Assembly (NCBI GenBank): GCA_024704765.1
Contig: JAKMXF010000326.1
Coordinates: forward strand, 62,001-126,000
Source: Oopsacas minuta
Taxonomy: Eukaryota; Animalia; Porifera
Direction of reading: 5' to 3'
DNA length: 64,000 nt
Positions 52,851 to 64,000 of this stretch are shown here, one piece after another. Below the pieces are notes generated by a model, which worked only from the letters and a program-made list of their open reading frames with translations, searched no databases and had not been told where the DNA came from. Each line of letters opens with the position of its first letter. Position 1 is the stretch's first letter. The translations under genes and the position numbers were made by a program.

Positions 52851-54807
52851 TATTACATCAGAATTGGAAGAATGCATCAATGGACAAAAAGATCCTGGGA
52901 TGGAACAAACAGACGAACAGACTATGGTAATTGTGGCCAAATGGATGTCAGAAAAGAGACAACGGATGTGACCAATCTATATTTGACCCATATATTCAAG
53001 AAACCCATCGATTATAGTGAAAAAAATAGGATGGTGTTTGAAGAGCGAATTAATGAAAGATTAGAAATGAACCAGTTTTGGAAATAATTTCCTCTAATTA
53101 TTATCTAGAAACATTACTGCGCAATTGGGAAGTACTATATATTAACAATTGATGTAGCAGCTGCCACTGCGGGGTAAAATGCTGCCACAGAGGGGAAAAA
53201 TAAAAAATCCCTGATTGTCGCTGAAACTGGGCAAATTCATAGATTCAATTTTCAAAAACTGGGGAAAATACCGGCGTTGCGGTGGTATGTTTCAGTTTTT
53301 GACATTAGAATACTGCCTTTATTTTATCAAATTTTGGCACCTGACTATGATTTCAGGTCAAAAATCAAAAAGATTCAATAAATTTTGTTTCTAAATTACA
53401 AAATGGGTGAATTTTAATGAAAATTTTGTCAACCAGGAATTTAAAATAAATTAGATCTAAGTAGAAGTTACAAATTGATTTTGATTAGAAAGCAAATTAC
53501 ATCAAACTGAGAGTGCAAACTCTCATAAATTTGGAAAGAGGACGGTCTGGCCGGATTACATATCAAAATCCAACCCACGCCACAAAATGCGGCTTAAAAA
53601 GGCCAAAAATGACTGCTTTATGGCACAGATATATTAAAATTACTCGTATAACCAATTACGGCTGAAGTTTTAGGTTCGTAATGAAAAGTATCACTAAAGT
53701 TTAATACCTACACCAAATATATAGCTTATAACTCTTCACTAAAAGTATGGTGCGGATATATAAGGTGGCACATTTCCATTCTTTGATGAAATAGAGTAGT
53801 TACATGAGTTATGTATGATATATACACTCCTATAGGTTTGAATTAATTGGATACCAATTAAAAGTTGGACCAATAGAGTTTCTGAAAGAGCGAATTTCTT
53901 CCCAAGTAGACAGATTTAAAACATCAGATTTAAGATAATGCGCCATTTGTTTTATCCCAGGTTAAGATGATAAGCTATGAAAGTAGACTTTTAAGGGAAA
54001 CTTTCTTAGTTATATTTTTTAATATTTCTCCTGAATAGATTTTCCAGGCAATGTATGCAATATTTATCAACCCGAGTTCTTCAATTGCAACAATATACAA
54101 AAGCAATTAAATATAGCGAATAACCGAAATATTTTCAGGTTATGCTAAATGGCGGATAGAACTCCAAGAGTGCATATCAGTATTTTAGGGTGGTATTCGG
54201 TGGTAATTGATTTTCGCGGTTTCGATTAAGGAAATATTAATTTTTAAAAAACATATATTTATCATCTTATCAGTACCGAAATATCTAATCTGATATTCAT
54301 ATTAACCGAAAAATGAGTTATGCGAATAATTTCAATATGTTCCTCTACTTAAATTAATAAGAATAATTATTATACTTTGAAATTTTGATCTATAACTAAT
54401 GTCGTTGATTAGAAGGAGAGAGTCACTTGTATATAGAGAGATTTAGTACAAGACAAGTACGACATTTGTGTACAGATTTCTGTATACTATGTAATGAGTA
54501 AGATCCATCCTTTGACTTTACAAGAATTATAATTTCTTTTAAGTTACATTTGGTTTAAGAGAATGATCCACGCAGAAAAAACTATATAGCATATTGTTGT
54601 TACCATGTCAAGTGTTTGTGTATGAATTCTTGAATTCAGAAACTGACTAAGGTTGGCATATTTTGCAAATACTAACCTATAACTTGACAACTCACAGTTA
54701 TGGCCCATTGATCTTACAGACATATTGTATATGTATATCCGCCACTGATAATAGATTCGACATGAAATCTCGCAGTATAATATATCAGTCATCAATAATA
54801 GCATATA

Positions 54808-56546
54808 CAGGGTGTCCCATAATTATTGTCGTATCCGATATTTGTGGATATTCGTTTACCGTATTTCCAGTTTGCTTTCAATTTGTATAGTTCTTCACAT
54901 ACAAGTACTAGTGTGAATTGTCATTAGAATTTATATGGAATCTTATAGTTTCTCCAGTGAATTTATCACAATCGAATATTTCATCAACTTGTTTAATTAT
55001 TTAATCATGAATGTCAAAAATTCCTCCGAAACTCTTCATAACAGGGAAGTCGGAATGATTATTGGTGGGATGGTGCAGAAAGATGTCGCTAAGACCTTAA
55101 AAAACCACTCAGAACGATACAGCGTTTGTGGGCACGATATAGACGAGGTCAAGATCTAGGACATAAGGTCAGTGCTGGGCGTCCAAAAACTGATCACAAG
55201 GGAGGCGAAGATAGTCATACCAAATCTCTTGGCAAAATCCGTCAATCCACTAGAAAAATCTAAGTTGACTAATTCATGAATAATGAATAATTCATGAATT
55301 ATTGAATAATTCATTATACACTAGGTTAAAAATGAATAATTCATTTTGAATAATTCATGAATAATTCATTTTGAATTATTCATTATTCTTGAGGATATTT
55401 CAATGAATTAGTCAACTTAGATGCATAGTATTATTCAATCACTCAACAAACTATATTCTTAGCATATCTTAAATTATCATGAATTCTTCATGAAGTACAA
55501 TGATTTATGAAGTATTTAAATTAATTATTCATGAATTATCCGAAAAGAATTATTCATGAATTATTCAAAAAGAATTATTCATGAATTATTCAAAACGAAT
55601 TATCCATGAATTATTCATTATTCTTGAGGATATTTCTATGAATTAGTCAACTTAGAGAAAAATCGCGACAAAACTCAAGCGAAAGGGTTAAGGTATCTCT
55701 AAATCGACTATTCACCGCTATTTGAAGGAAACGATTGGAGTGACTGCCTATAAAAGACCCAAAATTCCAAATTGACGGAAAAACAGAGGGAAAATCGGCT
55801 AAATTTTGTATTTAAAGGGAAATTGGAATTTGGATGAGTGGAAACGAGTCCTATGGAGTGATGAATCACCATATGAACTATTTCATCCCAGTTCCGCCCA
55901 AAATGATAGGGTTTGGTTCACTGACAACTCCAAAGTACCTCCTCGTGAAGTTATCAAAAACCCCCCAAAAGTGATGGTCTGGCCATTATGAGCTATCGTC
56001 GCCTCTCAGAATTACATTTCGTTCTTCCTAAACAGACTGTAAACTCTCAATATTATGTAGAAGAGATATTGGAAAATCTTATCGACTTGCGATGGGTCGT
56101 TCAAAAACGGCAGGCAGCATTCTGACCAAGAAATTACTACCTAACATGTCTCGGGCCATATTTATGCAAGACGGGGCACCAGCACACACTGCCAGTCGCA
56201 CACAGGAATGGTACAAAAACAACATGCCCGCTTTCTGGGCCAAAGTCGAATGGCCTGGCAATTCACCGGATTTAAATCCGATAGAAAATTTATGGAGTAT
56301 TTGCAGGAGGAGTTGAATGAGATGAAACCCTCAACCAAGCTCAATCAGTTAGCAGAAAATCTCAAAAGTAGCTGGAGGGACATTAATCCATTGATCTTAG
56401 AAAATTTAGTTGCTGGAATGCCAGCACGTATTGATAAATGTATACAATTGAAAGGAGGATATATTGGAAAATAATTGTCTTCTTTTCTCAATTAATGGCA
56501 ATAATAACAAAGATGAAAGATACGACAATAATTATGGGACACCGTG
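54808..56546 (+). mobile_element. Tc1-like DD37E element interrupted by a MITE
   Basis: TIRs cagggtgtcccataattattgtcgtatc / gatacgacaataattatgggacaccgtg. Motif WSDES; 37 residues counted between MQD and PDLNPIE. Confidence 0.92.
55260..55655. mobile_element. Foldback-like MITE built from gaataattcat repeats, 8-bp TSD
   Basis: TIR ctaagttgactaattcat / atgaattagtcaacttag; TSD agaaaaat (55252-59, 55656-63). Removing it restores the host frame RQSTRKIATKLKRKG. Confidence 0.85.
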
Positions 56547-59500
56547 AATGGTCACTTACAAAATTGACTCATTACCATCAGAGATATCATACAAACTAGT
56601 TGTAAGTGTATGGGAGGTCGGATATGCAGATAAAATTATTTGGCCATGACATTGAAGATTACCAAGGAATAGGTGAATATTGGCAAAAATATGCCATCCA
56701 TGGTAACTAATAGAATGTCCATTTGGCCAGGAAATAGTTAGTAGAAATAAATAATGAGTAATGTCAAGAGGAAAAATACATTTATTCAGCCCAAAATAAG
56801 CGTGTAAATATTATTGCAACAATTAGAATTCTTTAGGATTGACTTGACGTATCCCTAGTCAAGTCAATCAATCAGTACAATTGCGTTAGTATAAAAATTC
56901 AATGGTTTGGGTTTACTTGAATTTAGCAACTAGTTTTGGAAGTATTGAATTGTAAATAAAGAGGATATCTAACTAAATAGCTGAGTAATTGATGCTCATT
57001 CCGTAATAAATCAGTTTCAAAATGTTATATTTACTCAAAAAATGTAGGGAGAAGGTAAAATGGAAGTGAAATTGGGTTCAAATACGAGAGAAATACCTAT
57101 GACCACTAGAATACAATGAGTGACCAGACAATTTAGGATCTTTCGATCAAAGATAGTACGATTCGGATCCATATCCATTTTGAGAAATCAGGATCGGATA
57201 AAAACATACTGATCATTCCCAATATTTACAAGAAATAGTGCTTTAGTCTAAATTAAGACTGACTAAGAAGGATGGAAGATCAATGCTTTATAAAACATGG
57301 TCAAAAGAGGGCTCGAGAAAGCATTAGTTATCATACACTTGCGTAAAAGCCTACGTAAGCAAATAGCAGCAATCTGAACAAGTTGTTTCAATTAATTGTG
57401 CTTGAAATATTATATCTTTGATATCTAAAGTGAGCAAATAAATTGAAAAATGGAAGGGAGAGGCAGCGATACTGGAATTCCATTTGAAATATATCTGCCA
57501 GAATATGTAAAATAAATATATCAATGCATATTTGGGTGTATCCATAAGCGTAGAATTAGCCAAAGTAAGGGGGGCTAGCCTCCCTAATGCTCATGAGTGG
57601 GGGGCGGCCCCCCCACTTTACTAGAGGTCGATCTAGCCTCCCAGAACAAGAGGTTGAATCCACCAAGTAAATTAAAGGTAGCCGCATCATATTCTCAATT
57701 GAATCTCCCATTTGACTTTCATTTTGTTTAGAATTATGGATAAACTTGTTCGAGGAGAGCCCAAAAGAGCACGTATAGAAGAATCAAAAAGAGTGGGCAG
57801 CTCAGCCATAGACTCAGAATATAATTCATTTTAGTATAATTTAGTATTGAAATAGATTATTGAGTTACTACAAATTATCAATCAAATAGTCTATTGCTTT
57901 GACAATTTATCCCGAGACTGATGTCGGGGCAGTGGTCCCCTCTACTTTTCTGGGAAAAATTAAAACTCTACGCCTGTGGGTGCATCACATGCCCTTGTGT
58001 TGAAAATTCAAATCGCCTTATACTTGAAATGGCTTGTGAGTTGCTGTGGATTCACACAGGGCATACCAGTTACGGCTGATGCGGGTAGGGCCGTAAGCCA
58101 GTACCTCTTTTCAAAGTGATCTAGCGTTGAAGTACCACTTAAGGATTGCTAGCACTGCTATACCGCCTCTACCTGTTCCAAAATATACAATTCGTAAAGT
58201 ATATTATAAAAGAATAAACTATAAAGGAACATTTTTCATGAATTTCACTGGTCATAAAATATTAATGGTATGTGAATACACTATCCAAGAATATTTACCA
58301 CAAGGGAATATATTCTCTAGGTCCGGAAAGAATTGATATATTATGTATCAACTGTAGTCAAGATATAGTAGTATTATGTTAACGAGTTTGTAGAGTAAAA
58401 TCAGATGACGTCAAAAACATGGAAATAGTTTGTAGAGAAAGATTATGTGTATTAGTAAATATAAATTACATATTTATCCAGTGTACTAGTTGGCGCCACT
58501 ACTAGACATCACTGTGGATAACGATGTCTAACATGTACCTGGTCTAAGACAATCAATTAGCAACATTGCTTCAATGTATAGGATATTTTGGATAAGAAAT
58601 TAGGACAAATAGACTCAGCATATATAACTTCCATTCAATCGTAGTAAATATTTCAAGTCAAATTCAACTGTTTGCGAAATATTAGCAGTATATAAATGCT
58701 ATATGAAAGGAGGAAAAACAAGAGTATGTTTCTGGTGTATTCAGGAACAACAACGTAAGTAATAGTAAGTAATGGTGAGTTTGAAGTCTCTTAGATAATT
58801 GACAGCAATATGTTACGTGGTTGTCATGTAACAAGTGAACTAAATTAATATCAAACACATAAGAATCCCTAGATGTATGTTTTCTGAATTGATAAATAAG
58901 TGCTTAAACATTAAAATAGCAAATAAAGATTAGAGTAACTTTCTAATTATATTATATTTCGATTTCTAAGGTTTCACTGAAGTTAGCAATTTCCGTTAAA
59001 CTTTGCAGTTACTGATTTAGTCGTTACTTAATAATTTTGCTAAAAATTAGGGAATTCTTTTGCCAATCTCAATCTTTTGACTAGTTCTACACATGTCTAT
59101 ATAGCGTTTAGCATATCTGACTTATATCTAGATGTTTATTACTCAAGGTGCACCCAAATTTGGGTGAAAACCAAACATAAAGTACTGAAAACAATCACCT
59201 TAACAAGATCAAATATGATACCATTAAATATACTTCGAACCAATACAAATTATACTTGATACATCAATATCGTATTGAGAACACGAAAAGGCGAAAGCCA
59301 TATATGAAATTTCAACAAAGTGGGAAATGATGTACACTAATGTACATGGAGCATTGATGTTAAAGAAAATGAATATATAATCATTCCTTACAAAATCAAT
59401 CTTGGCATCGTGTTTCCTTGGAATTAAATGAGGGACTGAAATAGAAGACAAGGTAGGAACAGGATTATCGTTTAGTTGATCCGACATCACTGTATACGGA

Positions 59501-60530
59501 GTTGAGCAAGAGAGAGGTATAGAAAAGATATTATCACCAGGGTATTGTGAAGACATATAATAGAAAACGAGAAGATAATAATGAGTACTGAACAAAAAAA
59601 GGATAGCAGGAATGTGCTAACAATGAGCATATAATACGAGTATAAAGTTGGCGGAGTATTCAACGGAGCACGCTTATAACATAAATGTGACACTAATCGC
59701 CTATTTATATCAGAAAAAATGGTATCATGAAATAAAGGATTCATGGACACTGATGTGTCCACCAAAATGTTCAATTTTTACTTTTTGTGTGCAGTTTTAC
59801 CGAGCATGTAAAAAAATTTCCACATATTTTTCATAATTGAGAAACTTAACCCATTATTATGGCATTAGGACAATCCGGATAGGATCGGGAGAGGATCATC
59901 GAAACATTTAAACAGCAGGATCGGGATCGAAATTATCGATAATTCTTGAAAGATCTGACTCTTTCCAATGTAATTGTAATATATCCAGACATAATAACGT
60001 GCACAGATAATTACTAACTAGAAATTCTCATTTCAATTCATACTTAAATTAACTAGAGATATTAAAAAGTACATTGCCAAACGCTTCCCATACTCTTGGT
60101 ATAACTAAGAATTTCTGACTCAATTAAGACATCACTTACATAAATTCCCAGTATATATCGGTTTCCAACAAACATATTCATTATGGCAGGATATATAGTT
60201 AGACATGTGGCCGAAACCCCATGATATACAAGCAGATAAATGGAATGTGGCTTTACATAATGGCATTCGAGATACGTATTTCATAGATTGTACAGGTCTA
60301 TGAATCATGGTTAGTCTAACTAAATTTAGGTTACAAGTGTGTTCAATACGTTTGTCGCATACTAATGTTGGATTTAAGGATAAATCTCAGATCAGGACTC
60401 AGGCCAGGATAATGAGCAGATGATTACAGCTTTATAATCTAGCCAGGCCGAAAGCCACAAATCCTTCTCCTCCTGCACTCTGTGATCTTGCGATTAAAGA
60501 GTTCAAAGATGATTTTCATGATTGATTATA

Positions 60531-61842
60531 CAGGGTGGCCCTGAAGTCCTGTCCCATTGGTAAAGTGGAATAGCTGGACTAAACTGTATACTATAGGCTG
60601 GCAATTTTTACTCGTCTTACAGAATACTATCAGAAATATATAATATCTTTACTACTTAATATAACCTCCTCGTTTTTTTACTACGGCTCCCAATCATCCA
60701 GAAAACGCTCCAACCGCGGCACGAATGCTTTCCTGAGGTATTTTGTTCCACTCCCTTGTTAAAGACCGCTTCAAACACTCGCATAGAGATATGAGACTTG
60801 GCGCAAGCATTGGTCTCCAGGATGGACCAAATTGCAAAGTCCATCGGGTTCAGGTCTGGACTATAAGGAGGCCATTCTGTCATCTGAATAAATCCTGGAA
60901 AATTGTGTTGGAGCCAGGTTTGGGTACTATTGGCGGTATGAGCCGGTGCTCCATCCTGCTGGAATATAAACAGTTCTCCATTAAACATTGTTTGACCTAG
61001 ATTCTGCAATACAGACTCCGAGATAAACTCCCGATAGGTGGTGGCATTTATTTTTACTCCAGGGGGACAAATATCAATGGTGTCCGACCAGTTGCCGAGA
61101 CACCAGCCCATACCATCACAGATTGAGGTTTCTGTATGCGACTCACGTATCGATACTTTTCTGGGATACTAGAACGTGTTGCCGATATGATCCTGTCATT
61201 TTGAGAGTTTGTAACTTCCTGAATAGTGAATATCTTCTCATCGGAAAACAGAGTCGTTTCGAGACCGTGATTTGCGTGCCGCTCAAGCAACCCTTTACAT
61301 CTAGACATTCGTTTTTGCTTAACTTGGTCTGTTAGATGATGGACCTTCGTTCTTTTGAAGGAATACATTCCCAGCTTAGTATTCACGACGTTTTGTATGG
61401 TATGGCGTGGCACCTGAAGATCTACAGCCATCTTCCTCATGGATCGACGCGGGTTAACTCGGATTCGCCCCCGTACCCTCTTGACAAGCCTGGGAGTCGT
61501 AAGTGAGGAAGGACGACCGGATCTAGCCTTGTCCTTTACTCCCCCTATTTGCTTGTACCTCAAGATCGTCCGATATACAAACTTCCGTCGACTCCTGGGC
61601 ATATGAGCAACTTTAAAATTTCTCCTGGAGCTTTACCATTTTCAAATAACCGAATAATTCCTGCTCTCTCGACTTCCATTAGCTCAACTAAGTGCTAGAG
61701 GAAGTGAACCAGGAATATGCTTAGTAATATTTGTATTACTGACTCAATTGGTTCGATTACAACATTAAATCATGTATAGTGAATCTAGTATCTTCATTTC
61801 CTTGTATTATAAAAGATGGGACAGAACTTTGGGGCCACCCTG
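60531..61842 (-). mobile_element. maT (DD37D) element, third distinct family, near-intact
   Basis: TIRs cagggtggccctgaagtcctgtccca / tgggacagaactttggggccaccctg with TA flanks. ORFs 61054-61602 and 60656-61111; FSDEK; QQD(37)D counted. Confidence 0.95.
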
Positions 61843-62959
61843 TACAACTAATGAAGAATCTGGTGAGTAGTTATTTCTTGTTCAGTTTTAGGATCATGTA
61901 TGTTTAAATGATAGATGTATATTAATATTCCTTCTTGTATTCTTCCCTTAGGTGCCCACTTAACTCTTCCAAGACTGCATTTTACAGATAAAAATGTTTC
62001 TTGTAATTAGTGCCTAGAAGATGATTGTCAACACATCAAAGCTTTAGAATCGCTTTAAAAGACGAATGTTTCCTTCTTCTTGTCCTCTAACAATAAGATT
62101 TCGTTATCTTCATAAATTTTGAAGGAGGTTCATGTGTTCTACACCAAGAAAATCTATATACTTTTAAATTATCTGGTAATCACTCTTATTGCATTGATTG
62201 TACAGGCCCTTTCCTAGAAAAGAAATCTATGAGTGTGTATCAGCAAACACAAGCACCAAATATACACAGAAAAATCTCAGATTATAATACAATGGTAATC
62301 AATACTGTAACAAACACACCCATTCCACATTCTCTGACGCTAAAATTGAAACAAGTTTATTGTAGTCAGTTATCCAATGGACTTGATCTACTTTAAGATT
62401 TGAAATCAGAAATACTTATGGTAACTATTTTGTACCAGTAATCCTACAAAATGGTAATAATAGCGTAATATAATGACAAAAGCAAATAGGTTTGTATTCT
62501 ATTACTATACATTGTATTTTATATAGTTCTCACCACGTTGGGTATTTTTAGTCTGTACAGTAATTTGTGATGGTCCATGTCAATATGAGAAAGGTTATCA
62601 AGGTCATGACACACCTTCTATTAAATCAGAATTACAGCTAACTAATCCATTACGGACTCCTTCATGAGTATAATAAGGCATCCATTATATACGTTATTGT
62701 CACTACAATTATTCAACAATCTATTAAGTCAAGCTTAGGTTGTCTTTCTTGTGAAAGTGTATTATCCACGTTTATTTGTTTTAGATGACAGTAGAAATTG
62801 TATGTAGCAACAGAAAGGCTACTGAATAGAGTCCCGCTAATTTTTTAACCTATACAGTGAATACCTGTAGGCGTAATAAATTAATGCTAAATGTATTACT
62901 ATGTATATAATACACATATCAAACTTATTATTATTATACGAATTTCTGTATTGATATTC

Positions 62960-64000
62960 GGAAAAGATACTCTTGAAGAAGAAACAGGATTGTCCTGGTC
63001 ATAAATGAACTTTGTATGAACCTAAGCGTGGGCGTTTACTTCGCAAAAAACGAATTTAGGAAGAAGAGCGTCTTAAGAAACAGAGGTATCGACAAGCCAT
63101 TCTGAGATCTTCCAAATCTGATTACAAGACCTCTCAGCGCTTAAAGTATCTGCGATCTCTTCAAGCTAATCTAAGAGAAAGTGTATCTGAGGATCGATCC
63201 GCTAAGCGCAGAGATCTCTACCGTGCCGGTAAAGCTAATCTGGGACAAATTGAATCTGATGATAGATCCGCTGGGCGATTAGAGTACCAGCGAGTTCTTC
63301 ATGCTAATTTCAGAAGCAAAGAGTCTGAGCACGAGCACAATGTTCGTCTGCGGTCTAAGATGAGTTATGCTAAAAGTAAGTGATTAACTTCTAAGAGATT
63401 TCTTAACTTAGATCGATCGCAACTTACATGTAAGGTTAGTGATACTATCGTATCCCAACATTAACTCGATTACATATCCTTTTGCTGTAATTTATGCGCT
63501 GCAGTGTTTTGGCGATATGAAAAACTATCTGCCAGCACTAAGGCATGTATTAAGTTCTCCCTTTGTTGTGGGGTGCGGAGGGTTGTTTTACCCCCTTTAG
63601 ATTCCACATCTGAGCTGCTGACTCACTTAAAGCTTCTGGTTAAAGACCTGGCGAATTCAGGAGTAATACATGTGCCCATAAGACAAGTCTTGTGATTATT
63701 CGTTTAGAGCCAACGGTGATAACGAACTGGGCAACGCTAAGCTTGGTGTCTATTCGCTCAGTATAAATGGGGTAGTACACCATTCAATTGGTAGATTAAT
63801 CCCCGAATTAGGAGAGCCGCCTAAATTCGCTCAAATATATGTCCACGACGGGACCCAAGAAGCTGAGTTAGAAAAGCGTTTGAGACACATGGGCGTACTG
63901 TCTCCCTGAATTGAAGGGAGTACAACAGATGTTAGACGAGGTTAACCCAAATGTTCTTGCTTCAGACATGCTATAGATCATATGTGTAGCATGAATGCAA
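62960..64000 (+). mobile_element. Helitron RepHel N-terminal region (runs off the window end)
   Basis: Charged repeats (EEERLKKQR..RLEYQRVLHANFRSKESE), CCG..VVLPPL, GVYSLSINGVVHHSIGRLIPELGEPPKFAQIYVHD, LQQMLDEVNP. These are typical pre-Rep Helitron motifs. Confidence 0.82.

Noticed and set aside
55260-55655. CRISPR-like array or satellite
   Set aside because: No unique spacers; it is bounded by TIRs and a TSD, so it is a MITE.
229-63695. Many short ORFs antisense to or overlapping transposases (e.g. 460-831, 2387-2701, 23523-23855, 43113-43499, 46693-46950)
   Set aside because: Shadow frames of TE coding sequence.

Overview
AT-rich eukaryotic (animal-like) genomic DNA made up almost entirely of nested, mostly decayed transposable elements. 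I find no intact host gene, rRNA, tRNA or CRISPR array. Identified by manual translation and terminal repeat inspection: Tc1/mariner elements of several clades (DD34D mariner, DD37D maT x4, DD37E x2, DD41D, a decayed Tc1), several hAT elements and MITEs, piggyBac, Ty3/Gypsy pol fragments, a Helitron start, and three members of the Chapaev/Transib/RAG lineage. The standout is a 3,226-bp Transib/RAG1-like transposon (46279-49504). Both ends carry the RSS heptamer CACAGTG, it has a 5-bp target-site duplication (TSD), and its two-part terminal inverted repeats (TIRs) are asymmetric: a shared 13-mer sits 16 nt from the heptamer at one end and 7 nt at the other. It encodes a disrupted ~720-aa RAG1-core-like protein with a segment resembling the RAG1 nonamer-binding domain. 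It is inserted in a mariner whose reading frame is restored when the insert is removed. Family assignments rest on remembered motifs, not database searches.
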